Shown here: piece by piece, positions 1 to 13,195 of the stretch
Layout: every line of letters begins with the position of its first letter
How positions within the stretch are numbered: the stretch's first letter is position 1
NCBI RefSeq assembly: GCF_021028975.2
Contig: NC_059435.1
Coordinates: 2,294,001-2,358,000 of the forward strand
Direction: 5' to 3'
DNA: 64,000 nucleotides
DNA from: Sphaerodactylus townsendi
Lineage: Eukaryota
Notes under the pieces: generated by a model
What the model was told of the DNA's origin: nothing
What the model saw: only the letters and a program-made list of their open reading frames with translations
Database searches by the model: none
Position numbers and translations under genes: made by a program

Positions 1-3000
1 CGCTGGTGACTCTCTCCTACATTCTCGGTCCAGGTTCAGTCTGCCTCTCTTTCCCTTGGGACCATCGGCTACGGTTCAGATCGTGGTGGAGATGGCATGA
101 AGACTTTTGGGGCTTATCTATGGATCGAGCCTAAGTTGACCGTTCATTTCCACCGCAACAGCGGTGGTGGGGATTTAAACCCCAGATGCAGCCAGTCCCT
201 GAGGAGTTTGGATTATCTTACCATTCGAAAATGCTGACACCCAAGAATCCATTGAAAGGTTCCTGGACAAATACTTCGGAGGACATTCCTAGAGATCAGC
301 AGTGGCATAAAGCACCGAGCTTTCGGCCCCAAAGTTACAGCTTTGAAGCAGGGACGATGATTTAGGGTTGGATCGGGATCGGAAGAGGGTTCCACACCAC
401 CTCGGCAGTACCAAACCCGGGAGCGAACGAACGAACATTTAACAGCATTTAATACAAAATTCGGGCAATATGAATATTTAATAATGCCCTTCGGATTAGC
501 TGGGGCCCCAGGGGCTTGCTATGGCCCTCGCACAAACGGCGCATTACATGACGTATTGTACAAGGGTAAGTAGCCGCATATTTAGATGATGTTTTGATTT
601 TACTCACAGACCCTGGAAGCAGCATGAGGCTTTTAGTCCGGGAAGTTTTACAACGCTTACTTGATAACTCCCCTAACTTTGCCAAGATTGTCAAAGGCAT
701 GCTGCTTTCACCAAACCTCCATAGACTACCTTGGGCTATCGAATATCCTCAATGGACGGTCTAGGAATGGACCCGCTAAAGTGGCCGCAGTGGTTGACTG
801 GCCTGCCCCCACCAATAGAAGGGAATTGCAATCTTTCTTAGCCTTTGCTAACTTCTATCAGACTTCATTCCCCATTTTGCCAAACTTGCCTTGTCAGCTC
901 ACTGATCTTTACGCACTAAAGGAGGAAAGGATCGCTTCTGCCGCCAAGCCCAGGGCCTCTCCCCTGGTCGCAGGTGAATGCCGAATTAGCCGCTCCAGCA
1001 GCTGAAAACAGCTTTCACAACTGAGCCAACCCTGACACATCCCGACCCTGAGCCTTCATCAAAGCCAGATTCACGTGGATGTTTCGGACAAAGGCTGGCT
1101 GCCCTCTTGCAGAAAAAAAATAAAGACAATAAATTGGTACCATGTGCTTATTTATCCAAAAATTTTCTTGGTTCGAACTAAACTGGACTGCTCGGAGATA
1201 AGGAAAACCGCTGCTATCAAACTTATGGCAAGTTGGAGCACTTCTTGGCGCCATTGGTTAGAAGGAGCCAAGCACCCCTTTCAAAGTCTGGCCGATCAGT
1301 ATCGCAAAATTTGGCTGGGCGCTTTTCCACACCCCTCAAAATGTCCGCTTAAACAATTACGCCGCTGGCTGATTTTTCTTCCTCGCTTTTCCTTTTACGG
1401 GGTCCATTTTTTTCCCCGTAAAAGCAATAAGCTGGCTGATGCGCTATCCTCCGCTTCTCCCCGGGAGGGGTAGACGCATCTATCCCTACGGGGATATTCC
1501 ACTTAATCGCCTTCTCTCCCTCTCCTCCTCCAGCTATAGGATTGGCTGTCACCCGCTCACAATCTCTTTCTATTACCCCCCCCCCCCCCACACCTATCCC
1601 AGCCATCGCCGTCCCTTCCCTTCAAGAACTCAAGGAGGCGGGATTACGCCGAGCTGCCAACAACAGAGGAAAAAAAGCATGCACAGCTACGCTTGGAGGA
1701 TGGTGTTCGGTGAAAGAGTGTTGGTATCGATTCCTATACCCTCCTAAAAGCAGGTTCTTCAAGCATGCCATTAGCGATGCTTTCGGTCCTGTGGCTGGAG
1801 CACTTCGGGTTTGTGAAAACCCTTTCATCGCTTAGCCCGCCAGTTTTGAAGTGGCTTCTATGCATAAGCGCGACGTTGAGTGCTTACATTAAAGGGTGCG
1901 TTCCATGTAATGTGCGAGGTACAAGTCAATAGCGGGAAAAGCCTCATGGGTTACTGAAAACCTATCCCCGCGTCTTGCCTCCCTAATCTCTGGCAGAGTT
2001 ATTTCTAATGGATTTTATCACTGACTTCTGGCTCTAACAGTCAATGGAACACTGTTTTGTGGGTGGTGGTGGATCTCTCTTTCTCCAAACGAAGAGCGAT
2101 TTCATTCCTTTTGCACCACCATACCTTCAGCTCCCAAACCAGCCCCGTTGTTCATTTTCAACACATCTACCGCCTACATTCCTCTCCTGGAGAAGGTGGT
2201 ATCGGATCGCGGGCCCTCAATTCATTTCTCGATTTTGGAAGGCTTTCCTGGAGTTAAGTTTGGGAACCACACCACAGCAAGTCAGCCAAATTCCCCTACC
2301 AATGCCGCGTTCAAAAGTGACGGGCAAAGTGAACAGGACGAACAGAACACTAAGAGCAATATTTACGCTTGTTATACAAACTACCATCAGGACGTAACTG
2401 GTGTGAATTGCTTCCCTTCGCAGAGAGTATTAGCTTACAATAATGCAATCTCATAAAGCAGCACGCCAGAAAACCCCTATCTCGGCGGAAGTCTCTGGTC
2501 GATCCTTCCGGCTAGTTGCCCAGCTGCTGGCTTTGAGGTATTGCAGCCACCAGAATTCAATCAATTGATTTTGTCACTAGCTGAAGGCTGGAAATCCGTA
2601 GTTCAGTCTACCTGTCCTAAAACAGAGGCTCTACAGGCCTAAAAGTTTCAGGCAGATAAACACACAGCTCAGAATTCCCCCCTTACGTGTTTGGAGCTTG
2701 GGTTTTATTTGTCCACTCAAAACCTTCCAGACGTGCATAAATACTCAAAACTTGGCAAGAAATTTGTGGGTCCCTTTCAGATAATACAAAAGTGATCAAC
2801 GATGCATTTCGCCACTGCTTTCAGCTTAGATCTCGCCTAATTCACTCAAGTAACATTCATCCCGCCTTCCATTCTAGTGCATTATCAAGGAGGCTCCCCG
2901 CTTCCAGCGATGCCGTACGGCACGACCTCGAGGAGACACCGGCCTACTAGTTATAATTGATGGACATAAAGCATTATGAGATAGGCGACGCTATCCTGGA

Positions 3001-3500
3001 CTCCTCGCTTTCGCAGCAACGCTTCTACAATATCTGAATTGTCATGGGTTGGCTATTCTTCTGGCCATAATCAATGGGTGTATAATGAGAATATGGGTGC
3101 CGCCTCTTTAATTGATGCTTTTCACCTAGCTTTTCGGGCCAAACCGGGGGAGGGTTAAAAAGGGTAGATTTCTTTTAGGGGAGGCAGAATGTAAGGGTCT
3201 CAGTCGTTCGTGTTTCCCTTACAGCCTAACCGCCTGACCTTGTGACGGAGAGATTCTTTTGGGTCCGGGCCCCGCCAGGACTCCGCACCAACCTTGTGAG
3301 AATGCTTATCTCGGCTGTTGCATAGTAGAATTCCGCTCTCATGAGAACGGGGCAAGGGGATGGGTTAGTCAGCATTATAACCTGCTGTTTGAGCCGATGC
3401 TCATTCCTGCCATGTCGTGTGTGTGTGCTTTCCAGGATGTCTGAATAAACGGACTTATAATCAAAAGCCTTTTTATTTCTGCTCTTTGGAATTCCTTACA
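1..3500 (+). mobile_element. Gypsy/Ty3 (chromovirus-type) LTR retrotransposon, 3' part: RT, RNase H, integrase, chromodomain, PPT and 3' LTR; heavily frameshifted
   Basis: Fragments read MPFGL..YLDDVLI (~486-600), KVAAVVDWPAPTNRRELQSFLAFANFY, WRHWLEGAKHPF, KSNKLADALS and DRGPQFISRFWKAFL. A chromodomain-like tail lies at ~2950-3150, with a purine tract before TGTAAGG at 3190. The element runs off the left edge. Confidence 0.9.
3190..3500 (+). repeat. 3' LTR of Gypsy element 1
   Basis: TGTAAGG...CCTTACA terminal inverted repeat; AATAAA at 3444-3449; 3' half similar to the solo LTR at 15383-15691. Confidence 0.88.
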
Positions 3501-6500
3501 CCCGCACTTTTTGGGAAAAGGTGGGAACCAGTGCATGTTGGGAGTTGCAGTCCTGACATCCCACTCCCTCTAAGGCCCCCCTCCACCTGGCCTGTCCGGA
3601 TGGGCACGGTGAAACACCCGGACAAGGCACGGAGCTGACACATGATGGCTGGCCACCCACTCGTTGAACCCAGAGGGGAGGTCCTTCCACTGGACCAAAT
3701 ATTGCAACCAACCCCTGTGCAACCGGGAATCAACGATGCCGCTAATTTCCCGATGCAAATCACCATTCACCTTGTACAGCTCAGCTGGGGGGAGGTTGGG
3801 GTGCCAAGCGTCCGGAGGGGCAGCTTTCTTTAACAGGCTAACATGAAAGACAGGGTGAACAAACTTAAAGTTCTTTGGAAGGTCAAATTCTACAGCTAAT
3901 GGACTGACCACACGGGAAACGCGAAAGGGCCCGATAAACTTGGCACCCAGTTTCCTGGTCCCTGGGAGCCCCCGTAAGTTTTTGGTGGAAAGATACGCCC
4001 AATTGCCCATCACATAAACGATTGGTTGGCGTTTGCAGTCTGCAAAACGTTTGTAATCTGCCTTGGCTAAAGCCAATGAGTCCTGTACAATCCACCAGGT
4101 GGCACGTAGAGAAGCAATCCACTCCTGAAAGTCAGCTGGCCCATCCGGAATAGCGCCCTCTAGGGAAAACGGGTTATTATCCTGGCCATACACCACTCTG
4201 AAGGGACTCTGCCCGGTACTAGTATGAACAGCATTGTGTATGCGAATTTGGCAAAGAGGAGTAGGTCAGCCCAATTATCGTTGTGCTGGTTAACATAGCA
4301 CTGCAGGTACTGTTCCAGAATCCCATTCACCCTCTCCGTTTGCCCGTCTGTGGCCACATGGTAGGCGGAAGACAACCCCAGTTCAACCCCCAGTAGCTTC
4401 ATAAACTCCCGTCAGAAACTGGAGACAAATTGGGGCCCCCGCTGAGGCCAAATGGCATCATGAGGTACTCGAACTGGCCTAGAGGGGTATTGAAAGCAGT
4501 GAGGTGTTCCTGTCCCTCAGCAATGTGGACCCAAAAATACGCCTCCTGCAAATCCAGTTCGGTGAACACCTTGCCATTGGAGAGGTGTCCCAACAAGTCT
4601 TTGATAAAGGGAAGGGAGTATTTATTGTTTAGGGACACTGCATTCAGGTCTCTGTAGTCCATGCAGAGGCGGAGGGAGCTGTCCTTCTTGCAGAAAAGGA
4701 CGGGGGCCCCCATGTGAGACTTGGACGTTCTAATGAAGCCTTGTGTCTGCTCGACTTAACTCCGTGAAAGCACCAGCTTGCGGGGGCCTCATCTGATACA
4801 GTTTCCCTTAAAGTTGGGCCCCTGACCAAGTTCGATTGAGCAGTTGGTACTGGCGGTGGGTGGCAGGCGGTCAGACTCTGCCTCGTCAAAGGCCTTAGTG
4901 AGATCACTGTGGGGCCCCGGGAGGGCGGAGGAGACTGTGGCACCATCAAAGAACCCGCCAAAAGTCAACTGCCATCACTGGAGTAGGCAGGGGGAGGAGC
5001 TGCGGGCTCTGGCAGGGCCCCACCAGGAGGGGCGGGGAGGCGAACGACCACCTGATGTCTGGGTCGTGGTGAGCTAACCAGGGTATGCCTAGCACTAGGG
5101 GGTAGCTGCCCCACTTGGCCACTACAAACTGCTGTTGCTCACTGTGCCCTGCAAATGATACGACCACCAGCTCCAACTTGTGGGTGGAAAGGCGCCCCCC
5201 CAGTACTGTACTGTCCATCTGCTTGAACCAGAGCAGCCATTTCAGTTTAACAAATCCAAGTCCTAATGCCGCCAACAAATCAGGGTGGATCAGGCACCTT
5301 CAAGCAACCCGAGTCAATGAGGGCCTCGGCACAGGTCTGGGTCTGAGACCCCGGGAGGGAGAGTGACTGCTATGACTATGGGCTCGGTGGAGAAAGCACT
5401 CACCCACTCCTTGGCGCCTCCAGGGATGACCTGGCCACCGACACTCCTTAAGCCAGGTTGTCATCATTTCCTGCTGGTGCACTGTAGTCCCGGTTGCCCG
5501 ACACCTCAGAGTCACTCGTCCCCAGCTTGGGCAGCCAGGTTAAGGGTGGCTCCAGCTGTGGCGGGGCGGGACCTTTGGGAACCTTTCATGGGGTTCCTGG
5601 CCGCCAGGACCCTGGGTCCTACAGCTGCTGGGGTGCACAATTGCGGGCAAGACGTGACGAGGTGGCCGCCTTCTCCACAGTGCAGGCACAGGCCCAAGCA
5701 GCGACAGCGGGTGTGAGCGGATTCGGAGGGCTCCTCTCATCTCTTCTCGTTGTCCACGGCCTTCTCTGGCATACGGAGCGGCTGGTGTTGGGCACGGTTC
5801 CACTGGTGTTCCGACTGCTCCACTTGCCGGATCCACAGATTGGCATCCCCTGCCCCTCTGATCCATTCCATCAATGTCTCAGGGTCACCGTGAATCAGGG
5901 CCCATTATAGTACCTTGGGGTGAAGAGTGTCCTTGAAGAGCTGGACCAGGACCAACTAGGCGCTACTCCACGCAGCCGCTGGCTAGCTTCCGCGGAAGTC
6001 AGTGCGGCTTAACTCACTGGACGGAGCAGTTCCTTTGACGGCTAGCGCTAGAAGTTCCCGGCCCCGAGCCTTCTCTTCCGCCAAAGGATCCTAAAACCTC
6101 TGTCGTAGGGCCAGCAGGAACTGTTCTAGGTTGTAGAGTTCTGGCACATCTTCCTCTACTAGTCCCATAAGCCAATTAGCAGCCTCTCCCCGGAGCCGGG
6201 TCCCAATCTCAAACACTCTCTCCCGGTCCGAGTAGAAGCTGCCGGACCTCCATGTACGAACCCACTTGGATCAAGAAAAAGGCAAGTTCATCTGGGTTCC
6301 CATCAAAGTTCACCTGAAAACTTTTCCGAGGCCCTCTTTGGGACATGGGGCCTTGTTGGTAGGTTGGAGAACTCCTCCCTGCAGCGACCGACCTGCCGTC
6401 CTGGTGGTAGGGACTGTGGTCCAGTGTAAGGTCGGCCAGCTGTCCCCAGAGGGAGCGCAGTTCGGCTCTCAGTTCACCTTCCATGTCGTCCCCCTTGACC

Positions 6501-7238
6501 CCCTCCTTAGCTGTGGAGGGCTCAAGGGCCGTTTTCTCCCTTTCTCATTTGGCCATCAGGAACACCATTTGCTGCTGAAGGTCCGAAAGGACAGATTGTA
6601 GCTGGTCCCTCTCCCAAGGGACCTTCTCTAACCAGAGTCGCAGTGCCCCATAAGTGCACCGTTGCTTGTCCGCCTCGCAGTTCGATCCACTCCCCAGCGC
6701 TTGGGATTTGGTTAGGAGTGTCGCCAGGCACGCTCGTTCCCCATCCACATCTTTGCAGAGAGTGCCAACCCCTGTCCAGGATGAACAGCGGGGGGGGGGG
6801 TCACCCGCTTGTTTGGGTGTAGGCCGTCTCACCAGGGTCCCTTGTCCTGCTGGGGAGAGTCCAGGATAGTGGGCATAGGTTTGTTCTCCTGACCCAGCCA
6901 TGTCTATAGGGGTCTGGGTTCGTGGTAGATCAATAAGAGTGAGTTCCAGCACAATGTAAGGCTGAACACACTCAGACAAAGCTAACTTTAGAAAAGGAAC
7001 TTTATTGATTTATGTCGCCCTAACTACAGGGTGCTGGAACTGAGGATTCTTGTCCTCAGTTCCAGTATTTAAACTATTTACAAAGACAGACAGCAACCAA
7101 TCAACTCTTCCCCTCCTCCCAGCTCCTGGTCTCCCATTGGCTCTGAAGCTCTGATAGAATGTAGCTTCTCAGTTTGTTTTCCTGTACTTTTTGGGAAAAG
7201 GCGGGAACCAGTGCATGTTGGGAGTTGCAGTCCTGACA
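3501..7238 (-). mobile_element. Gypsy/chromovirus LTR retrotransposon 2 (gag, protease, truncated RT, integrase C-half, chromodomain), internally deleted
   Basis: 5' LTR at 6955-7238 (TGTCAGG...CTTACA, AATAAA). A 3' LTR remnant at 3501-3558 is near-identical to 7181-7238 and is preceded by a PPT. Gag motifs FDGNPDELAFFLIQV and CLHCGEGGHLVTSCP; RT SLRLCMDYRDLN..MPFGLS; integrase TDGQTERVN, GPF, HPVFHVSLLK; chromodomain QYLVQWKD..NEW. Confidence 0.92.
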
Positions 7239-7338
7239 CCAGATAAGCCTCTGCCACTCAGGTGGAGGAGGTGGGAATCAAACCCGGTTCTCCAGATTAG
7301 AATCCACCTGCTCTTAACCACTACACCACGCTGGTCTC
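7239..7338 (-). mobile_element. tRNA-derived SINE head (Squam3-like), interrupted by Gypsy 2
   Basis: Reverse complement GTGGTGTAGTGGTTAAGAGC...CCGGGTTTGATTCCC (A/B boxes); matches the head of the SINE at ~32011 and breaks off at the LTR edge. Confidence 0.8.
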
Positions 7339-7522
7339 ATAGTCTACCACTATAGTCATCCCATCTCCCAAGGGGTATTGTAGAGCTTGAAAGAATACAG
7401 AAAAGGGCAATCAAAATGTCTGAGTGGCTTTCCTTGCAGCTCCTTGGGCGGCAGTGTGTGTGTGTGGTGGTGGTGAGGGGGGTTAGCTTCAAAAACACAA
7501 CAGAAACATGAGGGGGGACATG

Positions 7523-8468
7523 CACTGGCGTAATGCCCGTTGGGCAAGGTGGGCAGCTGCCCAGGGCATCACCTTGTGGGGGGCATCAAAATGCTGGGTT
7601 CGTTTTTGGGTATTTTAGTGGTTTTCCATTTTTGGCCTGCAGGGGGCGCAGTTATTAGGCTAGCGGCACCAAAATTTCAGCGTATCATCAGAAGACTGTC
7701 CTTATGCTACCCCCCAAGTTTGGTGAGGTTTGGTTCAGGGAGTCCAAAGTTATGGACTCCCAAAGGGGGTGCCCCTATCCCCCATTGTTTCCAATGGGAG
7801 CTAATAGGAGATGGGGCTACATTTTGAGGGTCCATAACTTTGGCCCCCCTAAACCAAACTGCACCAAACCTGGGGGGTATCATTAGGGCAGTCTCCTGAT
7901 GAGACCCTGAAAGTTTTGAGACTGTGCCTTCAGAAATGTGCCCCCCCCCCCCCCACAGCCTGCAACCCCCATTGACAGCAATGCAGAAAACTCAATGCAG
8001 AACAAAGATTCTTGGGCACATTTCTAGGATGTTCCTGCAGGGGGTGCATTTTTGGATGTATCGGCACCAAAATTTCAGGGTATCGTTTGGAGATGATGCC
8101 CCCCCCCAAGCTTGGTGCAGTTTGGTTCAGGGGGCCCAAAGTTATGGACCCTCAAAACTGTAGCCCCCATCTCCTATTAGCTCCCATTGGAAACAATGTG
8201 GGATGGGGCACCCCCTTTGGCAGTCGATAACTTTGGACTCCCTGAACCAAACCTCACAAAACTTGGGGAGTAGCATAAGGACAGTCTCTTGATGATATGC
8301 TGAAATTGTGGTACTGATATGTATAAAAATGCACCCCCTGCAGGCACCAATATCCTGGTGCAAAAAAAATTTGGGCGTGGTGGAGTGGCCGCCCATGGGG
8401 GGGGGGGCGTTCAACTCAGGTTTTGCCCAGGGCTACAGTTTGCCCAGGGCTGCCTCGTTACACCCCTG
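7523..8468. mobile_element. Non-autonomous hAT-type DNA transposon with internal inverted ~300-bp units
   Basis: Perfect 8-bp TSD GGGACATG (7515-7522 and 8469-8476); imperfect TIRs CACTGGCGTAA / TTACACCCCTG; unit ~7640-7945 recurs inverted at ~8035-8345. Confidence 0.85.
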
Positions 8469-8519
8469 GGGACATGAGGAAAGATTTAAAAGTGTGCAGG
8501 GTTGGGAGAGATCCATCTG

Positions 8520-8900
8520 TCCCTCTCTTCTCATGCAGCTTGTCCCTGGAGTCACACACAAACAGACAGGCAGGCGAGTCAGGACGGAAAGTCCTTTTGC
8601 ACACAATGCCTAATGAATGGCACTCACTTCCCCCACATGCTGTGATGGCCTCTGGTTTGGATTGCATTAAAAGGAGATTAGAAATCCTGGGGGAGGAACC
8701 AGCAGTGCTCAAAGGAAGAGCACATGACTGCCGTCTTCAGCTGGAGTGGGCTGTGCCAGGCCGGGCGGGCGAAGGACTCCGCTGCACTGTGCTCCAGGCC
8801 ATCGACCGCTCTGTCTCAGGCTTGGTGAGAGGCAGGAGGCAGAACCTGGAGAGGAATTCATGGGCTCTTTGAAGCCACTGCAGCAGCACACAGGACCATG
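8520..8900 (+). mobile_element. Old CR1 LINE 3' fragment
   Basis: WHSLPPHAVMASGLDCIKRRLE resembles the CR1 ORF2 C-terminus (WNSLP..VVMA..LDGFKRGLD). Confidence 0.5.
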
Positions 8901-9248
8901 GGGCACTTCTGATTTCGGATAGTGGAATTAGGTGTGAAGTATGCATGCATGGGGCAATTCAGTTGGGGTAGGGTCAGAAGCAGCCCTGAATGGGCATGCC
9001 AAGCGGAACCAGCCTCCAACACACGCAGGACTTCAATCACTGCAGAGTTTGTGGGGCTGACTCAGGATGCAGCCAAGGGCAAATCATATTTCTTATGGTT
9101 TAAAAGGGTTTGGATAGAAGCCATGGCATCGGATGCGGGCATCGCCCCCCACCCCCCACCCCCCACCCCTGTGCTACTCATTCTGCTGGAAAATCAGGCT
9201 ACCTAAATTCTTGTCAGCTGAGGGAGAAGACAAGAGTCTCCCTTGATA

Positions 9249-9253
<5 letters not shown>

Positions 9254-9319
<66 letters not shown>
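9254..9319. repeat. (AC)n microsatellite
   Basis: Perfect dinucleotide run seen directly. Confidence 0.98.
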
Positions 9320-9321
<2 letters not shown>

Positions 9322-11099
9322 GATTTCTACCAGGAAAGCAGCAGATAGGGAAGGATACCAAAAAGTAAAGAGAAGAATAGTAGTTGAAGACAGACAAGAG
9401 AAGGTGCCGCAGCCCCTTTGCACACAGTTCAGGAGGGCAGGGAGCGGATCTACCGCATGACACAACTATGCTCTGGGCTGCTCTTCTCCACATTTGGAGC
9501 TCTCCATGTAATCCACTTGGTCTCTGCATTACATCAGCCTGATATCAGATGCAGTCAAGAAGGGCAAACCAAAGCCAGCGAGAAGTGGTGGGTCTCTCCT
9601 CAACTTGTACAGTGACAGCAGAGCCCCCCCTCCCCCCAGGCCTGGAAATCAGCTCTGCTATCTTGGATGCTCCCTGAATCAACCAGTTGCAAACCAGCTT
9701 TTTATTGTGCCAGACATTTGGCTGGGAAACAGAAGTAAAGGCGGTGCCAGCCTCTCCCTTGTCTGGGATGGCAGATCTCCCTAAAGCCCCAGGAAGACCA
9801 AGAGCACCTGCTGCTCCTGGGGCTACTTTGTTCCAAGCAAAGTTTTTCCAGACATAAAATCCTGTGGAAAGAAACCTTCAAAGGGACATTTTTATGGCAG
9901 CTTTGAAATTCACGGCACACATCAGTGTTGTGCCGCTGACCCCCACAGACCACCCTCCACTCACCCAAGGGATGTTTTCTCACAGGTCGCAGGCAAAAGA
10001 CATCCACTGAAAGACTGTGGTCATTTTAGAGCACCACAATTCTACTTGGATGAACACATGCTGCCACCATGGCAGCAACTTTACCCCAAGGTTATCAAGT
10101 CTGGCTTGGGAAACTCCTGGAAATTTGGAGTAATGCCTAGAGAGAGCAGTTTCTGAAGAGGGAGGGGAGTTCTACAGGGATATGATCTCATGTCCTGTGA
10201 TGACACATCCTGTAATGCCATACCCTGGTCAAAGGTCATCTCCTCCAACATTTCCCCTTTCTTTGAGGTTACTTCCTCCTATCAAAATTTAAATTTTCCA
10301 CTTCATACTACGAATTTATTGTTATGGTTTTCAATCAGCAAACGGACAACCCACCCACCCTACTGTATGAGCTGTAATATTAATGTTAGAGAATTAGGAA
10401 CACTCACTCCCACCCCCCAAAAAGATATTTTAAAACAAGGCTTCCTAAAGCCTCTTTGGAGACTTGCCAGCTGCAGACTTTATAAACTAGTAGGCAGAAC
10501 TTTGCTACCTGCCTTCAGATTTGGGGGTTCTCACTGGAAAGAAGCCATGCCAAGCACTGCCTCCTCTGACTGGCCTGGGGACTTTTCAGGAATTGGATGG
10601 ATCAACTTTGACTGCACCTCCTTCGTGTCTACAACAAAAGACCAGGCGCCTCCATTGACTTTGCTTCCCCTGTTGGCATGGGCAGACACTGTCAGCATCA
10701 GGGACTTCCTTGAATCAACCCTCCAGGATTGCTCAGGGGAGTGAAAATCTTTCACCTAATATCATTTTCACTCCCCCCTCCCCTAACACACCTTTTACCC
10801 CCACCTCATCTCATTTGTAGGCTTCTGCATGTCATACTAAACCTTTGATCCTACATTTCTGGGTTGGTAAAACTGGCTGCTATCCAATTATATTTAATTC
10901 AATCTTTTAAAAAAGCATGTAAAAAAGCTCTCGGGACCGCCCTATCCCCAAGGGGTTCTTTACTGTCATTAGAAGCAACAATTGATCAATTGCTCCCAGA
11001 CTCTGACATACCGAAAGAAAAGACAAAGTCCAGACCTAGAGCTTTCATTCTCTGTAGTCACTCTAGGATTTTTTTCTCCTAGACTCTGTGGGATATCAC

Positions 11100-12692
11100 A
11101 GAGTCCACCCTAAGAAGTTGCCATAACTGCACACAAATACCAGTTGCCGGATCAAGTGTTCCCACGAAGGCCTTTGACAGACAGTATTCCAATTACCAAA
11201 GGGGTCAAACAGGGCTGCGTCCTGGCCCCCACTCTCTTCAATCTTTTCTTAAGTGACCTCCCCTCTGCCCTTTCAGCAATGAACAGCCATGCCCCAAAAC
11301 TGGGTACATCCATGTATCAATTCTGCTCTATGCAGATGACGCTGTCCTTCTCTCTCGATCCAGAGTTGGCCTCAGACGCTTAATGAAGCGCTGTGTGGAT
11401 TACTGTGAATCCAACAGACTGACACCACTTAATTATGAAAAAAACCAAGGTATTGGTCTTCTCTAGGAGCTTTAAGAAGCTCACATGGGCAATGAAAAGC
11501 ACCCAAATTGAAATAGCAGGTTAAGTGCTATAAATACCTTGGCCTTCTCATTCTCCTCTTCTTACTAACCTTTCATGGGCAAACTCCAGAGGAAGCGCCG
11601 CTCTCCTAGCTACAAAAGCTAATAGTATGTCAGCACTTCACTTCACGTTTCTTTTTACAGCAGTGGCCACTTTCCTTTATCCTCCTCACCTGCCCTCAAA
11701 TTTTTTTCAATGCCAAAAGTCTCCTAAAGAGATTGCTTCTAGAATTACCGGAGTACCAACTTGGATCCGAGCTATTAACTACTCCTTGAATTCTCTTCAA
11801 TCCATATTTTTCACAAGATAACTGGAATCCCAAATTAGCGTGCCCTATGCAAGCTCCTTTTTTTGTCTGGAGTTAGGTCAAAACTCCTCTTGAATCAGCC
11901 GCTTGGCTGAGGACTTTTAGATTCTGGCTCATGCCAATTCATTTTCTTCTCGGACTGTAACTCTCCCTGGATCCAATCCGTCTCGCTCGTTTCTGACACC
12001 CATTCCAACCCCTGGTTTCCATCATTGAAGAAAAATGGCCTCTATCAGACTGTCAGTGGATTCACTTTCGTGCCCTTTGTCCCTATTCATAGAAGCTTAT
12101 AGGAAATTAAAAAGCGGTCAACTATTGGATAGAGAGTTTCCTCCACCCTCTAATCACCGCAGCCAAGAAAATGTGTCTCCCCCCCTGTATTTTTTTCTCT
12201 CTCCCATTTGAACGGGGCCACTCTCAGTTAACAATTGCCACACTACCTGGTATTGGCTTGTAATGGGAACCCTGTTCAAAAGGAGAAAGCCTATAATGCT
12301 CGCCAGGTTTAATAAAGTTATGCCTCTTCTGCCTTGTTACATGGGCAGATTTAATAAGCTTTGAAGAAAAGGCTAAAAGATTGTGCCCATGTAACGAAGG
12401 CTCAGTTGAATCTCTGGCCCACCGATTACTTCACTGTCTCAGATTCAAGGAAATCAGATCCAAGTATGTGAATCTCACTCCTTTACATTTACCCTATCTC
12501 CCCAATTTAATTAGATTACACTACTTTTGGACAACCCTGATCCTTCTCTCTGTATGATAGTGGCAGACTTTCTCCTGGAAATTACTAAATGCCAGTAGAT
12601 TTCCTTCGTCCTAACATGTATATCCTGTATTGTATATGTTTTAATCTGTTTTTATTATTGTTGTACTGCTGTCTATGCCAATAAAGGCTTGC
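11100..12692 (+). mobile_element. 5'-truncated non-LTR retrotransposon (RTE-X-like), frameshifted
   Basis: IPITKGVKQGCVLAPTLFNLFL, LLYADD (~11325-11340), C-terminal Cys/His knuckle region (~12380-12440), and 3' end CCAATAAAGGCTTGCT. Clade assignment is from recall. Confidence 0.75.
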
Positions 12693-13195
12693 TAAAAGAA
12701 GAAGTTGCCATTACCTCCAGGTGAACTGATATCTGGAGATCGACCCATTGGAAGGGGTCTTCTGCTGGATGATGGGAGACTGTCTTGCTTGGGTGTTCAT
12801 CACCTTCTCTCAAGGTGGCAGGAAAAATTCTGTTGACCACTCCCACTTGCCCTGCTGATGTCATCAAGCTCCAGTATCTGAATGCCGCAGAGGGACTTAC
12901 ACAAAAAACGGAACAAACGACAACAAATAACTCAACAGGGCCTGAGACTCTTAAGGTCTAACTAAACTGACGTGGCCAACTAACAAGAAAATGTAGACTC
13001 AAGAGGAACCTAATGAAACAGTGAACCAGAGCACATTGTCGGGGAGACCAACAACAGGGCGAGTCAAGATGGTCTCCCATCATCCAGCAGAAGACCCCTT
13101 CATGGTGAGTATCCAATGGGTTGTTCTACTGGATAGTGGGAGACCGTCTTGCTTGGGACTTCCCAAGCAGTACCCCAATTATAGGGCGGGCCCAA

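Noticed and set aside
1-3150. Dense frameshifts suggesting great age or programmed recoding
   Set aside because: Scattered single-base indels with motifs otherwise retained (also at ~11400-12450) look like low-accuracy long-read consensus; needs read-level checking.
9110-9529. His-Thr and Cys-Val repeat ORFs
   Set aside because: Translations of the (AC)n microsatellite.
10190-10744. 184-aa ORF
   Set aside because: No recognisable domain or splice context, and antisense to the host gene.
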